A DNA stretch of 64,000 bases, taken from Savitreella phatthalungensis. Lineage: Eukaryota. The translations under genes were made by a program, and so were the position numbers. The number at the start of each line of letters is the position of its first letter. Positions within the stretch are counted from its first letter, which is position 1. This document shows positions 44,753 through 56,001 of this stretch, piece after piece. The notes beneath the pieces are model-generated. The model searched no databases. It had not been told where the DNA came from and worked only from the letters and a program-made list of their open reading frames with translations. The DNA is taken from the NCBI GenBank assembly GCA_051599415.1, contig AP039695.1, positions 186,001 through 250,000 of the forward strand. Direction: 5' to 3'.

Positions 44753-44787
44753 CACAGCACAGCACAGCACAGCACAGCACAGCACAG
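44753..44787. repeat. (CACAG)7 pentanucleotide microsatellite
   Basis: Seven perfect units between the divergent VMA3 and NHP2 genes. Confidence 0.95.
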
Positions 44788-44956
44788 CCCAGGTACCGTA
44801 CGACATCCAGCACACTCACTCACTACCCTTGCACTCAGTGGACTCACCACAGAGACCACCACCACCACACAGGCCCAATTCGTGTCCAGTCCATCCGGTC
44901 AATTGTACTCTTGAAAGAGCTCTCCCAACGTATTGCGTTAATTCATTCGATCGACC

Positions 44957-45520
44957 ATGGCAAAAACGAAGGAAAAGAAGGAGAAGAAGGAGAAGAAGGT
45001 CAAGGTCACTACAGCTGATGTCTCCATGACAGATGCACCCGCAGCTGCCTCTGCACCAGCTACAGAGTCAAACACTACCGTCAAGCCATCCGCAGACGAG
45101 GTGGACGACTACGAGGCGCGTCTCGGCACCCTCTGTGCGATTGCCAAGCCTCTCGCCCCGAAGAAGCTCAACAAGAAGATCCTCAAAACTGTCAAGAAGG
45201 CTTCCAAGGCAAAACACGTCAAGCGTGGCGTCAAGGAAGTCGTCAAGGCGCTGCGGAAGAAGGAGGCTGGGCTCGTCATCATCGCAGGAGACATCTCACC
45301 GATCGACGTCATCTCTCACCTCCCTGTCTTGTGCGAGGACAACTCGACGCCATACATGTTTGTTGTCTCAAAGGAACAGCTCGGCGCAGCAGGCGGCACC
45401 AAGCGTCCCACCTCTGTCGTCATGGTCCAGCCGGGAGGCAAGAAAAAGGACATGTCCGCAGCGAAGGAGTACAAGGACGCGTTTGACGAGATTGTTGCAG
45501 AATGCAGCAAGGCTGCCTGA
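44957..45520 (+). CDS. NHP2: H/ACA snoRNP protein Nhp2 (L7Ae family)
   Basis: IAKPLAPKKLNKK, VKRGVKEVVKALRK, AGDISPIDVISHLPVLCED and GTKRPTS. Confidence 0.95.
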   Translation: MAKTKEKKEKKEKKVKVTTADVSMTDAPAAASAPATESNTTVKPSADEVDDYEARLGTLCAIAKPLAPKKLNKKILKTVKKASKAKHVKRGVKEVVKALRKKEAGLVIIAGDISPIDVISHLPVLCEDNSTPYMFVVSKEQLGAAGGTKRPTSVVMVQPGGKKKDMSAAKEYKDAFDEIVAECSKAA

Positions 45521-45833
45521 GGAATTCCATCTATGAGCCCCTTTGGAGAAGTATCATCTGGAGTGCTAATTCGTCTCGGTCTCCTTCGTACATAACAAGA
45601 GACGTAGCAATGTACTATACATCCCAAGATATGAAGACATTCGAGTGCATCTTCGTGCATCGCATATCCTCCCTTGTCTTTGAACGCATCTAGTGTTGTG
45701 ACACCTGGGATGACACAAGCGTTATGACGACGTTATCCCACGCCGCTTATTGACCACATCGCCCTGACGCCGTTTCGGGGATGAGCAGCTAGCAAATCAA
45801 GATTCTGGCTACCTTTGGTGAATCACAGGCGAG

Positions 45834-48170
45834 ATGCTCTGCTGTGCCTGTCGTGCATCACGGCAATCGCCCGTGTCAGGCGCTCTCACACGTCGCTCCA
45901 GGGATACTACTACTACTACTCCCGCCTCTGTCACTATCCGATTGAAGCACGCGTACGCGGACCGCGGTTATGGCGCATCACGTAACTCGGTCCATCGTCT
46001 GGCACCGTTGCGGAAGCCGAGATTACTCGTCAGATCTGCACAGCAGCGTGAGCTCGAGCAGGAGCAGCCGCGGCGTCCATTTCCTCGCTCTCAGACTAGA
46101 ACACCTCGAGAGCAGCGAGAAGTGTCACCGGATCAACCACTCGAGCTCTTCAAAGAGGAAGACGCCTATATCACACTGCCATTTCCAAAAGCTGCACCTG
46201 TCAAGGCCAAGGGTACGACCAATGGGAAGCGCGCTAAAGCTCAGCCGACAGCATGGGAGTTACGCAGGCAGGCAGACAATGCATTGTTTGACCTTCACAC
46301 TTCAGCGGATCAACTGCTCGCCGGGACTGATAACACCAATATCCTCCGATCAGTAGAAGATGCAACGACGCTACCAAGTGCCTTGCTGCAAGCCAAGCAC
46401 GACTACGAGGCGATGTCTGAGCAGGTGGATGACATCACCGAGCGATTGAGAAATCCCCGGCGCCGTACCAAGGACAACTTCAATCACACCGTCGATCAGC
46501 TCAGCAAGGCGTTCTCCAAGCCGCAGCTCGACCGGTGGCTCCGTTGGCACACACATCTGATGGGAGCTGTCGTCGCTCGCCCACCGCGTAACAAAGACGA
46601 CGCTGTGTATCGTCTTATACAAGCTGCAGTACCGCTGGAGGAGGACGAGCTGCGCATGATGCAGAGTGATTCTGCGGATAGTTCATCCCCAAATACTCGA
46701 GCACGTAAGCAGTCAACTACCATCGATCTCACGCCGGCTCAGCAGCATCTATTACACGGCGCAGATCCACAGGCGCTGCAGGACTTAGGTACTCGGTACC
46801 GCTGTACGGTGGCCTTGGGTAGAGCAGATTCGCCCACCTTGGTGATTGATGGGTCCTGGCGCGGCGTTCAGGCGGCGAGAGAGTCAATCATCCAGACGAT
46901 ATCATCCATCAGATCTATGACCCTAAGTGCCCCTGAATTTGAGCACTTTGACACGGCTTCGCCCACAGCGAAGAGGCTGATGGAGCTGACGAAGACGCAT
47001 CTCGGCCGTGGCGTTGCTGGTGACTCCCTCGTTGTCAGCTGGCTTGGCAAAGGCAGTCGTCAAGGGGAACTGCCCGCCAACGGCGACGAGAACCCGCTGC
47101 TGGGATACCAATGGAACGAGACAAAGAAGTTCCTGGCGGCATGGTGCCATGCGCGCGCTGCTGCGCGAGAGCAGACACTCGTTTGCTTGACGGATCCCTC
47201 GACGACCACGATGGAAGTCCCTGCGCCAGTGGACATCATCCCATGGGCACTGTCCGACCTCTCGTGGTGGCGTGTACAGGCACTTCCCGAGTTTCAGGCT
47301 ACCCGCCTGGACACCAGTGCACCACCAGCGCTCACGCGGCCTCCCACTACCGCTGCAGGCGATAGCTTACGTGCGTCTGGACTGCCGCACGCTGCGAAGC
47401 AGAAACTGCGTGAGCTCTTATCTCCCGAGCTTCCTGACGGTTCGCGAATCGGGTTCGGCCGAGTGCTTCAGCGACGTGAGTCTTCCACCGATGCCACCAC
47501 CACTGCTGTATTTGTACCGGTATTCCCGCGCCTGCGTGACGTCGTCGCGAGATTGACTCCCACTCCGGACGCGCCTATCGCCGTCACCTTCAGGATCATT
47601 CTACACCGCGACCCAGCACCATCATCCACCACCACCGCCACCACATCATTCTCGACAGCCTCAGAAGCACTCATCATCAACGTCCCACTCACCTCAGGTC
47701 ACCGACCTACAGCCGCAATCCACCAACGCTATCCGCCACACCCCAAGGCACTCGTCTCTCTCCCATACCACGCAGTCGATCTCGCACTGCCTGGGGATGG
47801 GATCGGGGTGGTGGACATTCCGCTATCGCGGGAGATTGTGGAGTTCATCGATCGCGCTGACTTGGTTGGTGACGATGGGAGCGTGCAGGGTGGTAGGCAG
47901 ATCAAGGTGCCTGGATTGCTGGATGTCGGAGATGAGCGGTGGTGGTTTGGTAGGTACGAGGTCGTGACGGAAGGCCGGTGGGAGGTTGTGGAGGGCGTCA
48001 AGGCGGTCGTGGTGGCCACAAAGGCAGGAATACTCTCGTCTTCTACAACGCCAGCTGCAACGACCGCGCTGGCACTCGCACTCGAAGTCGATGGGCAAGT
48101 GACAGCAGATAATGTCGTCAAGGCTATTGATCACGTCGTCAGACTCGCCGAAACCGACAGGGCGACCTAA
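45834..48170 (+). CDS. Probable mitochondrial protein, possibly Sls1-like with a KH-like domain
   Basis: 778-aa ORF with an Arg/Ser-rich presequence-like N-terminus. QLSKAFSKPQL and a KH-like LLHG...L...YRCTV...LVIDG segment recall Sls1; the family call is tentative. Confidence 0.6.
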   Translation: MLCCACRASRQSPVSGALTRRSRDTTTTTPASVTIRLKHAYADRGYGASRNSVHRLAPLRKPRLLVRSAQQRELEQEQPRRPFPRSQTRTPREQREVSPDQPLELFKEEDAYITLPFPKAAPVKAKGTTNGKRAKAQPTAWELRRQADNALFDLHTSADQLLAGTDNTNILRSVEDATTLPSALLQAKHDYEAMSEQVDDITERLRNPRRRTKDNFNHTVDQLSKAFSKPQLDRWLRWHTHLMGAVVARPPRNKDDAVYRLIQAAVPLEEDELRMMQSDSADSSSPNTRARKQSTTIDLTPAQQHLLHGADPQALQDLGTRYRCTVALGRADSPTLVIDGSWRGVQAARESIIQTISSIRSMTLSAPEFEHFDTASPTAKRLMELTKTHLGRGVAGDSLVVSWLGKGSRQGELPANGDENPLLGYQWNETKKFLAAWCHARAAAREQTLVCLTDPSTTTMEVPAPVDIIPWALSDLSWWRVQALPEFQATRLDTSAPPALTRPPTTAAGDSLRASGLPHAAKQKLRELLSPELPDGSRIGFGRVLQRRESSTDATTTAVFVPVFPRLRDVVARLTPTPDAPIAVTFRIILHRDPAPSSTTTATTSFSTASEALIINVPLTSGHRPTAAIHQRYPPHPKALVSLPYHAVDLALPGDGIGVVDIPLSREIVEFIDRADLVGDDGSVQGGRQIKVPGLLDVGDERWWFGRYEVVTEGRWEVVEGVKAVVVATKAGILSSSTTPAATTALALALEVDGQVTADNVVKAIDHVVRLAETDRAT

Positions 48171-48220
48171 ATAGGTACACGCTGTTGATACAACCTGTGA
48201 TATTCTTTTACGATGAGGGT

Positions 48221-50317
48221 CTACAATTGGTGCGGTCCGAGCGACCGCGGAACGAATTGCGATGGTATATCTTGCTTCGTCAGGCGATTCGCGATGAGCA
48301 TGTCGCCGTAGAACAGGGCGATCTTCTCGCTAGTGAAGCCGAGGTAATCGAATCCGTCCGCGTTGTCATCCTCGTCAATCCAGTCCTCGTCGGTAACATG
48401 TTGTTGTGGAGCATCGGGCTGCGGTGACGGGCGAGGCGAGAAAAGGATGTTGTACTTGTCGGGGATTGTGTCCTTCGCCACTGATGTTGATGGATTGTCA
48501 TCGAGAGATAGCTCCGCAATCGCGGGCTCGCCGAGCGAGAAGTATTCCTCCTCGTGACCTGTCCCATTCTCCCGCTCTTCTGGGATCGATAGACCTTCTC
48601 TGAGCAAAGACGACGCACCTGGCGATCGCGCGTGCGATGAGCCTGGCAGCGAGTGCTTGCGGGAGGACGAGGAGATGGGAGCAGTGCCGTGCCATCGTGG
48701 TGATTTCGGAGTCGATGCTGCACTCGAGCCAGCAGTGGGAATACGGTCACGCTGCGGTCCTAGGAAAGGTGATCGCATGCCAGGATTTTCTGGTTTGTGC
48801 TTGCTCGATGCGAATTCTCGGGTGGTCAAGATGGAGTGAGCGGATGCGGTCGACTGTGTGCGTGGCAGGCTCGGTGGTGGGCCCGGCAAATCTTCGTCCC
48901 CGGCGTTGGTCAATGGACTACCGACCTCACCACCAGGTAGCGCCTGAACGACTCCCCAGACTGCCCACTGCGCATTGCACAGAGGTCGCCACAGGTCGAT
49001 CTGCCTCCGCAAATGAGCCATCTCCTCCGGTGTGACTGCCTTCATAGGACGATCGTCACCAGGCGCACGGCGCATCACACGCCCAAAGCGCAGATACTCT
49101 TGTAGGAAGTTGTCAGCTTCTTGGCGTGTCGGGTATCGCTCGACATGGAGTTTGTGCGGCTTTCCATAGACTGCGTTATAATCAGCCATCCATTCGCAAA
49201 AATGATTAGCCAAGTCGAACGCCCGCGGGTTCGGGCCTGCGTACTCAAAGTCGATGACCTCGAGTGTTTTGTGCTCGATCACACCTGGACCTCCACGAAC
49301 GCGTAGCAGATTTCCTGGTTGGAGATCATTGTGACAGAGAACGAGTTCAGCGCCAAAGGCTTTCTTTCGAGCGGCTAGAGATTCCTCGTCCTCCATCAAG
49401 CCATCCGGGGGCAGGATTGAGCTAGGCATGATCTTCTCCTGTTCCAACCAATCGACGTAATCTTGAATATGTTTCAGAAAGCGTCTGAATGATGGGGTCA
49501 GCTTCCGCCTCGGCAAAGCTGCGACCCAGCTGTTGATGTTGACCAGGCACGAGAGCTTGCCACGCTCTGCAGGAACAAGTGCGATGTGGTCATGGAATTC
49601 ACGCATTCTGCGAGCCACGTAAAGTGAGGTCGTCGCCTCGCGAGCCTCCTCGGCCGTGACCTCGCTCGAGTCAAGCCACTGTTCGACACGGCCATTCTTG
49701 AACTTTCCCAGAAGCCGTGGACCAATCCGATGATGTGCAAGCCTTGCAAGCACAGAAGTCTCATATTCACGGTCGATCAGGTGGAGTACATTCTTGCCAA
49801 AGATGCGAAGCAAGAAGGCCTTGTCATCAAGCACTACCCGGTAGACCATATTTGTGAGTGCACTGGCGATATTCTTCACCATGACCTTGTCTGCGTCTGC
49901 AAGCTTCCAGTGCGTCAACTTGAGCTTGATGAGCATCTTGAGAACGACGATCTGAAGATCGTTTCCCTTGAGCGTCGGATCGAGGGTCGACTCTGATTCC
50001 GGAATGAGTTCACCAGTTGCACTGTATGAGCTGCCGAAGCTGGATGTGCGTCTCAGCGGAGCAATTGTACCGTCGGAAGCCTTGTAGGAGGACGCTCTGA
50101 GCATTGGAGACGGTGGCACTGGCGGTGTGCTGTGACCATCCTTTCCATTATGATGGTGATGATGTTGTTGATGGTGATGGTGGTGCTGTGCATGGTGACC
50201 GGCATGTGACTGGGACATCGGAAGAGGGATTCCACCAGACATGGTAGCCTTTGCAGACGGTAGGTCAATATGTAATGGCAGTGACGCATTCGCATTCGCA
50301 GACTTCTCCGAAGACAT
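48221..50317 (-). CDS. Choline/ethanolamine kinase
   Basis: SALTNMVY, LLRIFG, IGPRLLGKFKNGRVEQWL, Brenner motif CHNDLQPGNLL and IDFEYAGPNPRAFDLANHFCEW. Confidence 0.93.
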   Translation of the reverse strand: MSSEKSANANASLPLHIDLPSAKATMSGGIPLPMSQSHAGHHAQHHHHHQQHHHHHNGKDGHSTPPVPPSPMLRASSYKASDGTIAPLRRTSSFGSSYSATGELIPESESTLDPTLKGNDLQIVVLKMLIKLKLTHWKLADADKVMVKNIASALTNMVYRVVLDDKAFLLRIFGKNVLHLIDREYETSVLARLAHHRIGPRLLGKFKNGRVEQWLDSSEVTAEEAREATTSLYVARRMREFHDHIALVPAERGKLSCLVNINSWVAALPRRKLTPSFRRFLKHIQDYVDWLEQEKIMPSSILPPDGLMEDEESLAARKKAFGAELVLCHNDLQPGNLLRVRGGPGVIEHKTLEVIDFEYAGPNPRAFDLANHFCEWMADYNAVYGKPHKLHVERYPTRQEADNFLQEYLRFGRVMRRAPGDDRPMKAVTPEEMAHLRRQIDLWRPLCNAQWAVWGVVQALPGGEVGSPLTNAGDEDLPGPPPSLPRTQSTASAHSILTTREFASSKHKPENPGMRSPFLGPQRDRIPTAGSSAASTPKSPRWHGTAPISSSSRKHSLPGSSHARSPGASSLLREGLSIPEERENGTGHEEEYFSLGEPAIAELSLDDNPSTSVAKDTIPDKYNILFSPRPSPQPDAPQQHVTDEDWIDEDDNADGFDYLGFTSEKIALFYGDMLIANRLTKQDIPSQFVPRSLGPHQL

Positions 50318-50861
50318 CAGATTATTAAGACTGGGGATGAGGGAGCCGGGTCAGGAACTCAGACTCAGCCTCCTGGCTCACACATGAGGCTTGAAGCGAG
50401 TTACAGGCGATAAATGAGGACTTAAATGAAGCGCAGTCTTCAAGCGTACGTCTGAGCTGTGAGCAATCGCTAGCAATAGTTTCTGTAGACCTTGAGCGAG
50501 TGATTGACTTGGGAGTGTCTGAGAATTGGAAGAATTGAGTGTTTGTGACGTTGTGCTGTATACCCTGTCACCTGTTATTGAAGAGTCTATGTTGTTGTGC
50601 ATGTGATAAGGTTGACGTGGGTGGATGAGTGGAGATACAGTACACTCAATACAGTACATGTGAGATCAATTTCAAAGCTAAAAGATGCACGAAACGCCAG
50701 GCACCACTCATCTCAACAACACATCCAACAGTATCAACACTCTGTCCTATTACATTCCCTTATCTTGCCCTCCTGATTACTCTCCTGCAGTGTCAACAGA
50801 AGCCTCATACCCCATTGACTGAGAACTACGGGGAAGTTTTCAATCGTGCAGGGTGACAGGG

Positions 50862-53540
50862 ATGGCGAAGAAAGGCTCAGGCTCACAGCTTAAGCGGCTC
50901 AAGACAGCCTTGAGAGACTCAGGTCTCAGCAGAGGAGGTGATCAGGCTGGCTCACAGGGCAAGAAAAAGAAAGGCAGCAAGGCAGCTGGCTCTGCAGGTC
51001 ATGGCGCCAACGGTCAGGGCCTATCCCGAGAAGAGAGGGAAGCCAAACTGGCGGGCATTCGCTCACAATTCAACCCATATGAGGTACAGATGAATCGTAC
51101 AAAGTTCGCAGTCGGCGGTCGGAAGGTCAAGGGCGACCAAGGTCGACCTGGAGCTGCTGCATCCGCGGCCGAGCGGATGCGCGTTGAGACGCTCGGCAGG
51201 CAGCGTGAGATGCGCGGACGTGCAGGAGGTATTGTTGACCGGCGGTTCGGCGAGGGTCGTACAGATCTGACTCCGGAAGAGGTTCAGCTTGAGAGGTTCA
51301 CACGTGAGCGCCAAAAGGCGTCTCGGCGCAATGTCTTCTCACTGGACGATGACGATGCAGAAGACGGACTCCTCGGCCAGGATGATGCTGACCTCGGACT
51401 TACACACATGGGTCAATCGCTTAGCGCGATGGACGACTTTGGACCGGCTCCTGTATCCGACGACGAAGACATGGGAGCGGAAATGGTGGCCCGCACGAAC
51501 TTCGGCGGCTTTGACGAAGACCTGGCTGAAGACGAGACCATGGACGTAGAGACTGGGGAGCGGCGAAAGAAGACAAAGAACGAGATCATGGCTGAGATCA
51601 TCGCCAAGAGCAAGCAGGGCAAGTACGAGCGACAGCGCCAGGCGGAAGAGGACGAAGAAGCACGTGAAGCTCTAGATGCTGAACTTGAGGACCTTCAGAT
51701 GCTCCTGGCCGACTCACAAGCCCAGCGTCCACAGGTCAAAGACTCTGACGGCATTAATCCTGAACGTATGCGTGCGATTCAGGAGGATACAGAGTACGAC
51801 AAAGCTGTCAAGGAGCTCATCTACGATCGTCGTGCGCAGGCAACCGAACGCACGAAGACCGAGGAGGAACTAATCGAGGAGGAGGCGAAACGTCTTCACG
51901 AGCAGGAGGAAAGCCGACTGAAGCGTATGCGTGGCGAGGAAGATGACGAGGATGACCAGCTCGAAAATGGAAAGGGACGTGGAGGCAAGCGCAGGCGCAG
52001 AGCTGCACAGGGCGATGACCTGTCCGACGACTTCGCCGAGGAATCCGACATTGAAGATGAAAGTGAGAACGAATTCGGTCTAGGTGTCAATGCGTCTGCT
52101 GCTGCCGCTGTAGCATTGGACGTTGAGACCGACGAGGACGACGCTGTGAAAGATGTGAACGAGGGCGATGTAAATGATGAGGAGGATGAAGACGAAGATG
52201 ATCATGATGCCGAAGACTATTACAGTGCGGAGGATGAGGCCGATGATGACGACGATGACGATGATGATGGTGAAGATGAAGAAGACGACGACGACGAGGA
52301 TGACGAAGATCTGCCGAGCGAAGAGCTGGTCGAGGCTGCCAAGGCTGAGTTGGCACGACGCGGCGTTTCAATCAAGGACAAGGTCACGATGAGTGAGGAG
52401 AAGCACAAGGCACCTAAAGCTATCGTCAATAGCCCTTCAGTGCTCAAGTTCACCTACCCATGTCCGAGCACGGTATCACAGCTTCAGGAAACCATTGAGC
52501 CGCTGTCTGTGAAAGATCAATTGACAGCACTGCATCGCATCAAGGTTCTCCACCACCCAAAGTTGAACCCTGCAAACGGTGGCAAGCTGGATGTGTATGT
52601 GACAGTGTTGATTGACTACCTGATCGACCGATCTTCATTACCCGGACAGGTCGTCGACTACTGCACACGCGAGATCTTCGAGCTGAGTGAGCGTCAGTGG
52701 GAAGCTTCCGCGAAACATTTTCTCGCACGACTCGATGTTGTCCGTCAGCGGCTGTACAAAGATGTCGACAGAGTCTGGAGTCACAGCGAGCTGACGCTCT
52801 TCGCCTTGATCGGTAAGGTGTGGTCAGTCAGTGACAATCACCACCGCGTCGTCACACCGGCATTCATCATCGCTGGGCAGTATCTGGCACAAAATGAATC
52901 GAGCGAGCTACGAGGCTTCGCGTCCAAGGCTATTCTTTGTGGAATTCTGCTTGGCTACGTTACTGACAGTAAACGGTACCTCCCAGAAGTCGTACTATGC
53001 CTGCGCACGACACTCGAGGCGCTCAAGGCGGAAGCACAATGCTCTGAGCCAGAAGAGTTGTCCGCAGATCTATCAAACGCCACACCACATGTAATTCGGA
53101 CAACTGCTTCTCGCCTCGCTCTCGCATTCGCGCAGCTATACACCGGATTACCGGGATACGCTGAGGCGTTCACGCCCCTGCTCGCCCACCTCGAACCACG
53201 CGAGAAGGAACCTCTGGGAAAATCCATCAACAACGCAACAAAGTCACGGAAGCCACTCCAACTGCAGCAGCACAGAGCGATCGGTCTCGCCACATACGTG
53301 CCGAAGTTCGAGGAATCCTTCGACCCTGACAAGAAGTCTTACGATCGTGATGCCGACCGTCAGCGAACATCGAAACTCAAGGCGGAAGTCAGAGACGCTC
53401 GCCGCGGGGCTGTGCGTGTACTCCGGCGGGACGCAGCGTTCGATGCCCGCCAGCGTGCACAAGACCGCAAGACCAAAGGAGAAGGGTACCGCAAGAAGAT
53501 GGGCAAGATCGAAGGGCGTCTGCGACAGCCGGACGAGTGA
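50862..53540 (+). CDS. NOP14: Nucleolar protein Nop14 (SSU processome)
   Basis: GSQLKRLK, GGIVDRRFGE, LTHMGQSL, KTKNEIMAEIIAKSK, WSVSDNHHRVVTPA, VPKFEESFDPDKKSYD and a long acidic tract. Confidence 0.95.
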   Translation: MAKKGSGSQLKRLKTALRDSGLSRGGDQAGSQGKKKKGSKAAGSAGHGANGQGLSREEREAKLAGIRSQFNPYEVQMNRTKFAVGGRKVKGDQGRPGAAASAAERMRVETLGRQREMRGRAGGIVDRRFGEGRTDLTPEEVQLERFTRERQKASRRNVFSLDDDDAEDGLLGQDDADLGLTHMGQSLSAMDDFGPAPVSDDEDMGAEMVARTNFGGFDEDLAEDETMDVETGERRKKTKNEIMAEIIAKSKQGKYERQRQAEEDEEAREALDAELEDLQMLLADSQAQRPQVKDSDGINPERMRAIQEDTEYDKAVKELIYDRRAQATERTKTEEELIEEEAKRLHEQEESRLKRMRGEEDDEDDQLENGKGRGGKRRRRAAQGDDLSDDFAEESDIEDESENEFGLGVNASAAAAVALDVETDEDDAVKDVNEGDVNDEEDEDEDDHDAEDYYSAEDEADDDDDDDDDGEDEEDDDDEDDEDLPSEELVEAAKAELARRGVSIKDKVTMSEEKHKAPKAIVNSPSVLKFTYPCPSTVSQLQETIEPLSVKDQLTALHRIKVLHHPKLNPANGGKLDVYVTVLIDYLIDRSSLPGQVVDYCTREIFELSERQWEASAKHFLARLDVVRQRLYKDVDRVWSHSELTLFALIGKVWSVSDNHHRVVTPAFIIAGQYLAQNESSELRGFASKAILCGILLGYVTDSKRYLPEVVLCLRTTLEALKAEAQCSEPEELSADLSNATPHVIRTTASRLALAFAQLYTGLPGYAEAFTPLLAHLEPREKEPLGKSINNATKSRKPLQLQQHRAIGLATYVPKFEESFDPDKKSYDRDADRQRTSKLKAEVRDARRGAVRVLRRDAAFDARQRAQDRKTKGEGYRKKMGKIEGRLRQPDE

Positions 53541-54105
53541 TTGTAGATCAGGTCAAAAGTCATACATATATGTACCATTACATGAGCAATCGGTGTGCCG
53601 TCCCTGTTGTCCTAGGGCAGCTGCTGCTTCACCAGCTCGACAACCCATGGCACCGTGTACAGAAACGCAGCGAGGCCAAATGCCCACTGTAAATTGCCTC
53701 GTGACTCCTGTGTAGCTCGCTCGAGTTCGGCCTGTGAAGGTCCTGCTGAGGGTCCACCAAACTGTCAAACGGTCAGTTGTCACCGAGAACAGAGTGTCAG
53801 GATCTGTTAAGCACTGACCATGACTGTGTAGTGTTGTAGGGAAGAAGCTCTGTTCGTCTGAGGTGTGTGCTGACGTCGAAGTTGGACTCAAGGCCTGTCA
53901 CAGTGTTAGCACATAAAACATACGTTGTTTCTGTGGTGAAGTCTAAGTACAGGAAAATTTATTTTCATTTTCTACTCTATGTGCACGTGACTCCCACAGG
54001 ACATGGAAGCTCGTCTTGGAGATCTCACGTACGATAAAGTCACTCACAGACAAGACGTACAGCACATCTACTACCACACATCAAGTAGCATCAAAAGTGG
54101 GTCGT

Positions 54106-55737
54106 ATGATGGCTACGCGTGACAAGACTGTCTCCACTGATGCGCCATCGACAGATGTTGCTGCTGGCGAGGCTGACAGAGTCAGTCCTGATGGAGAGCG
54201 CGCTGGGACGACAGACGCGGCAAGATTAGGAGGAGCAGGAGCGGAAGCAGGAGCTGATGAGATTCGTGACGCGCAAGTTGATATGGAGCCTGAAGAAGAT
54301 CCTTTGGCAGCGGAAGATCCCGCGGCGTCAACTGAGGAAGGTTTGACAGAGGATCAGGCTGAAGAACTCCAGCAGGATGCTCCACGATCGGCAGAAGATG
54401 TGTCCAATCAACCGCGACCTGCAGAAGCGAGTAATGTTGATGAAGCGGCTGTCTCTGACGGTGATGATGACGGCAAGGGCGACGAGATCACCGGCGAAGC
54501 AGACAAGACAGGCCCATCAGTCACGTCTGCGGCTGTGGACAACATGTTTGACTCTGACGATGAGCTTTCTGACCTGGACGAGGAGCAGTTCAAAGACATG
54601 GACGCGGCTGGAATTGATGCGAGTCAGCCTGCTATTTACAATCTGCCTTCGTTCAAAAAGCGGTCCGGGGCAAAGGCTAGCGAGCGGCGAAAGGCAGCGA
54701 AACCAGCTCGCCGACAGAAGGGCAGCGGTCCAGCGCCAGCAAGGGGCGATGCCGCCGGAGGCGACTCTGACAGTGAAGATGGCAAGATCTACAGCGACGA
54801 TGAGAAACCCCGGAAGAAGGCGAGTGCAAGATCACTACCGCCTCCGAAGCCAACAGATCCGGAGGAAGCTGCCAAATGGGAAGTCGACCGGATTGTTGAG
54901 CGTGCGATTGCGCCTGCACGCAAGCGGACAAAGCTCGACGGCGATGCGCTGGAAGCGAAGATGGATGACGAGATTGTCAATGTCACAGACCGAATGCGAG
55001 TGGCCGCGCAGGCTGATGCAGAAGCAAATGCATCGCGCAAGGTCGCCACTGCCAAGCTGCGCATGCTGCCGGAAGTCAAGGCTGTCTTGACGTCGCAGCA
55101 ATTGTCAGAGTCGATTCTGGAGAACGGCATGTTGACGTCAGTCAAGTATTGGCTAGAGCCATTGCCAGACCACTCGCTCCCATCACTCGATATTCAGCGT
55201 GCCCTGTTTGCTGCACTGGATCAGCTTCCCATCAAGACCGAGCACTTGCGCGAAAGCGGCGTGGGCAAGGTTGTCCTCTTCTACAAGAAATCACGCCGGC
55301 CAGAGCACGAGATTAAGATGTTGGCAGACCGACTGATTCTTCGATGGTCTCGACCGATCATTAAGAAATCGCACGACTACAGGACACGGCGCGTCGAGCT
55401 CAGGGATGTCTCTCGTCAACCCGGGACGGGAGCAGGTGCGATGCTCGGTCGGAGTCTCGCGTCGCGAGCGCCAGAGCCGGTCGCGACCTCGCTCTACCGC
55501 AGCAAGGGTGGCACGGTGATCCCGCGCGGAGAATCGACCTATGACGTTGCTCCAAGGGCAAGAGATCTCCTGGCAGCTTCCAACTCCCTTCGCATGGCAG
55601 GCGCATCCAGAGACGATGCACCTGACGCATACCGCAACCTGAAGCGCACCCTCAAGGGCATGTCCTCCCGCGCAGGAGCAGGTGGATCGTCCACCAAGAA
55701 GGGCGGCGTCAGCATCGAGGGACGTGGCATTGCATGA
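54106..55737 (+). CDS. IWS1: Transcription elongation factor Iws1/Spn1
   Basis: Acidic N-terminus; TFIIS-N-like domain ATAKLRMLPEV..WLEPLPDHSLPSLDIQ..LRESGVGKVVLFY..WSRPI; terminal SIEGR. Confidence 0.95.
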   Translation: MMATRDKTVSTDAPSTDVAAGEADRVSPDGERAGTTDAARLGGAGAEAGADEIRDAQVDMEPEEDPLAAEDPAASTEEGLTEDQAEELQQDAPRSAEDVSNQPRPAEASNVDEAAVSDGDDDGKGDEITGEADKTGPSVTSAAVDNMFDSDDELSDLDEEQFKDMDAAGIDASQPAIYNLPSFKKRSGAKASERRKAAKPARRQKGSGPAPARGDAAGGDSDSEDGKIYSDDEKPRKKASARSLPPPKPTDPEEAAKWEVDRIVERAIAPARKRTKLDGDALEAKMDDEIVNVTDRMRVAAQADAEANASRKVATAKLRMLPEVKAVLTSQQLSESILENGMLTSVKYWLEPLPDHSLPSLDIQRALFAALDQLPIKTEHLRESGVGKVVLFYKKSRRPEHEIKMLADRLILRWSRPIIKKSHDYRTRRVELRDVSRQPGTGAGAMLGRSLASRAPEPVATSLYRSKGGTVIPRGESTYDVAPRARDLLAASNSLRMAGASRDDAPDAYRNLKRTLKGMSSRAGAGGSSTKKGGVSIEGRGIA

Positions 55738-56001
55738 GCAAAGCGAGAAGGTATGTAGACACTAGCAACTAACGCTTCCGTATCCTGTATATCCTCATCG
55801 ACCGACCGACCCCGTTGAGCATGCATTCACGGTAGCAATGATGGTCTTCCACGTGCAAAATGCTGTGCTGTGTTTTACCCTGATATCACACAAAAACCGG
55901 CGACTTGGAGTGTAAACATATTTGGAGGAGACGTGGGATTCTCACGTCCTTGCTCGCTGAAGCATCAGGCAGGGTGATTTGCGTATAACGCGTCGACCGT
56001 C

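Noticed and set aside
51940..52310. GAY/GAR-rich low-complexity tract
   Set aside because: It is the ordinary acidic region within Nop14, not a separate repeat element.
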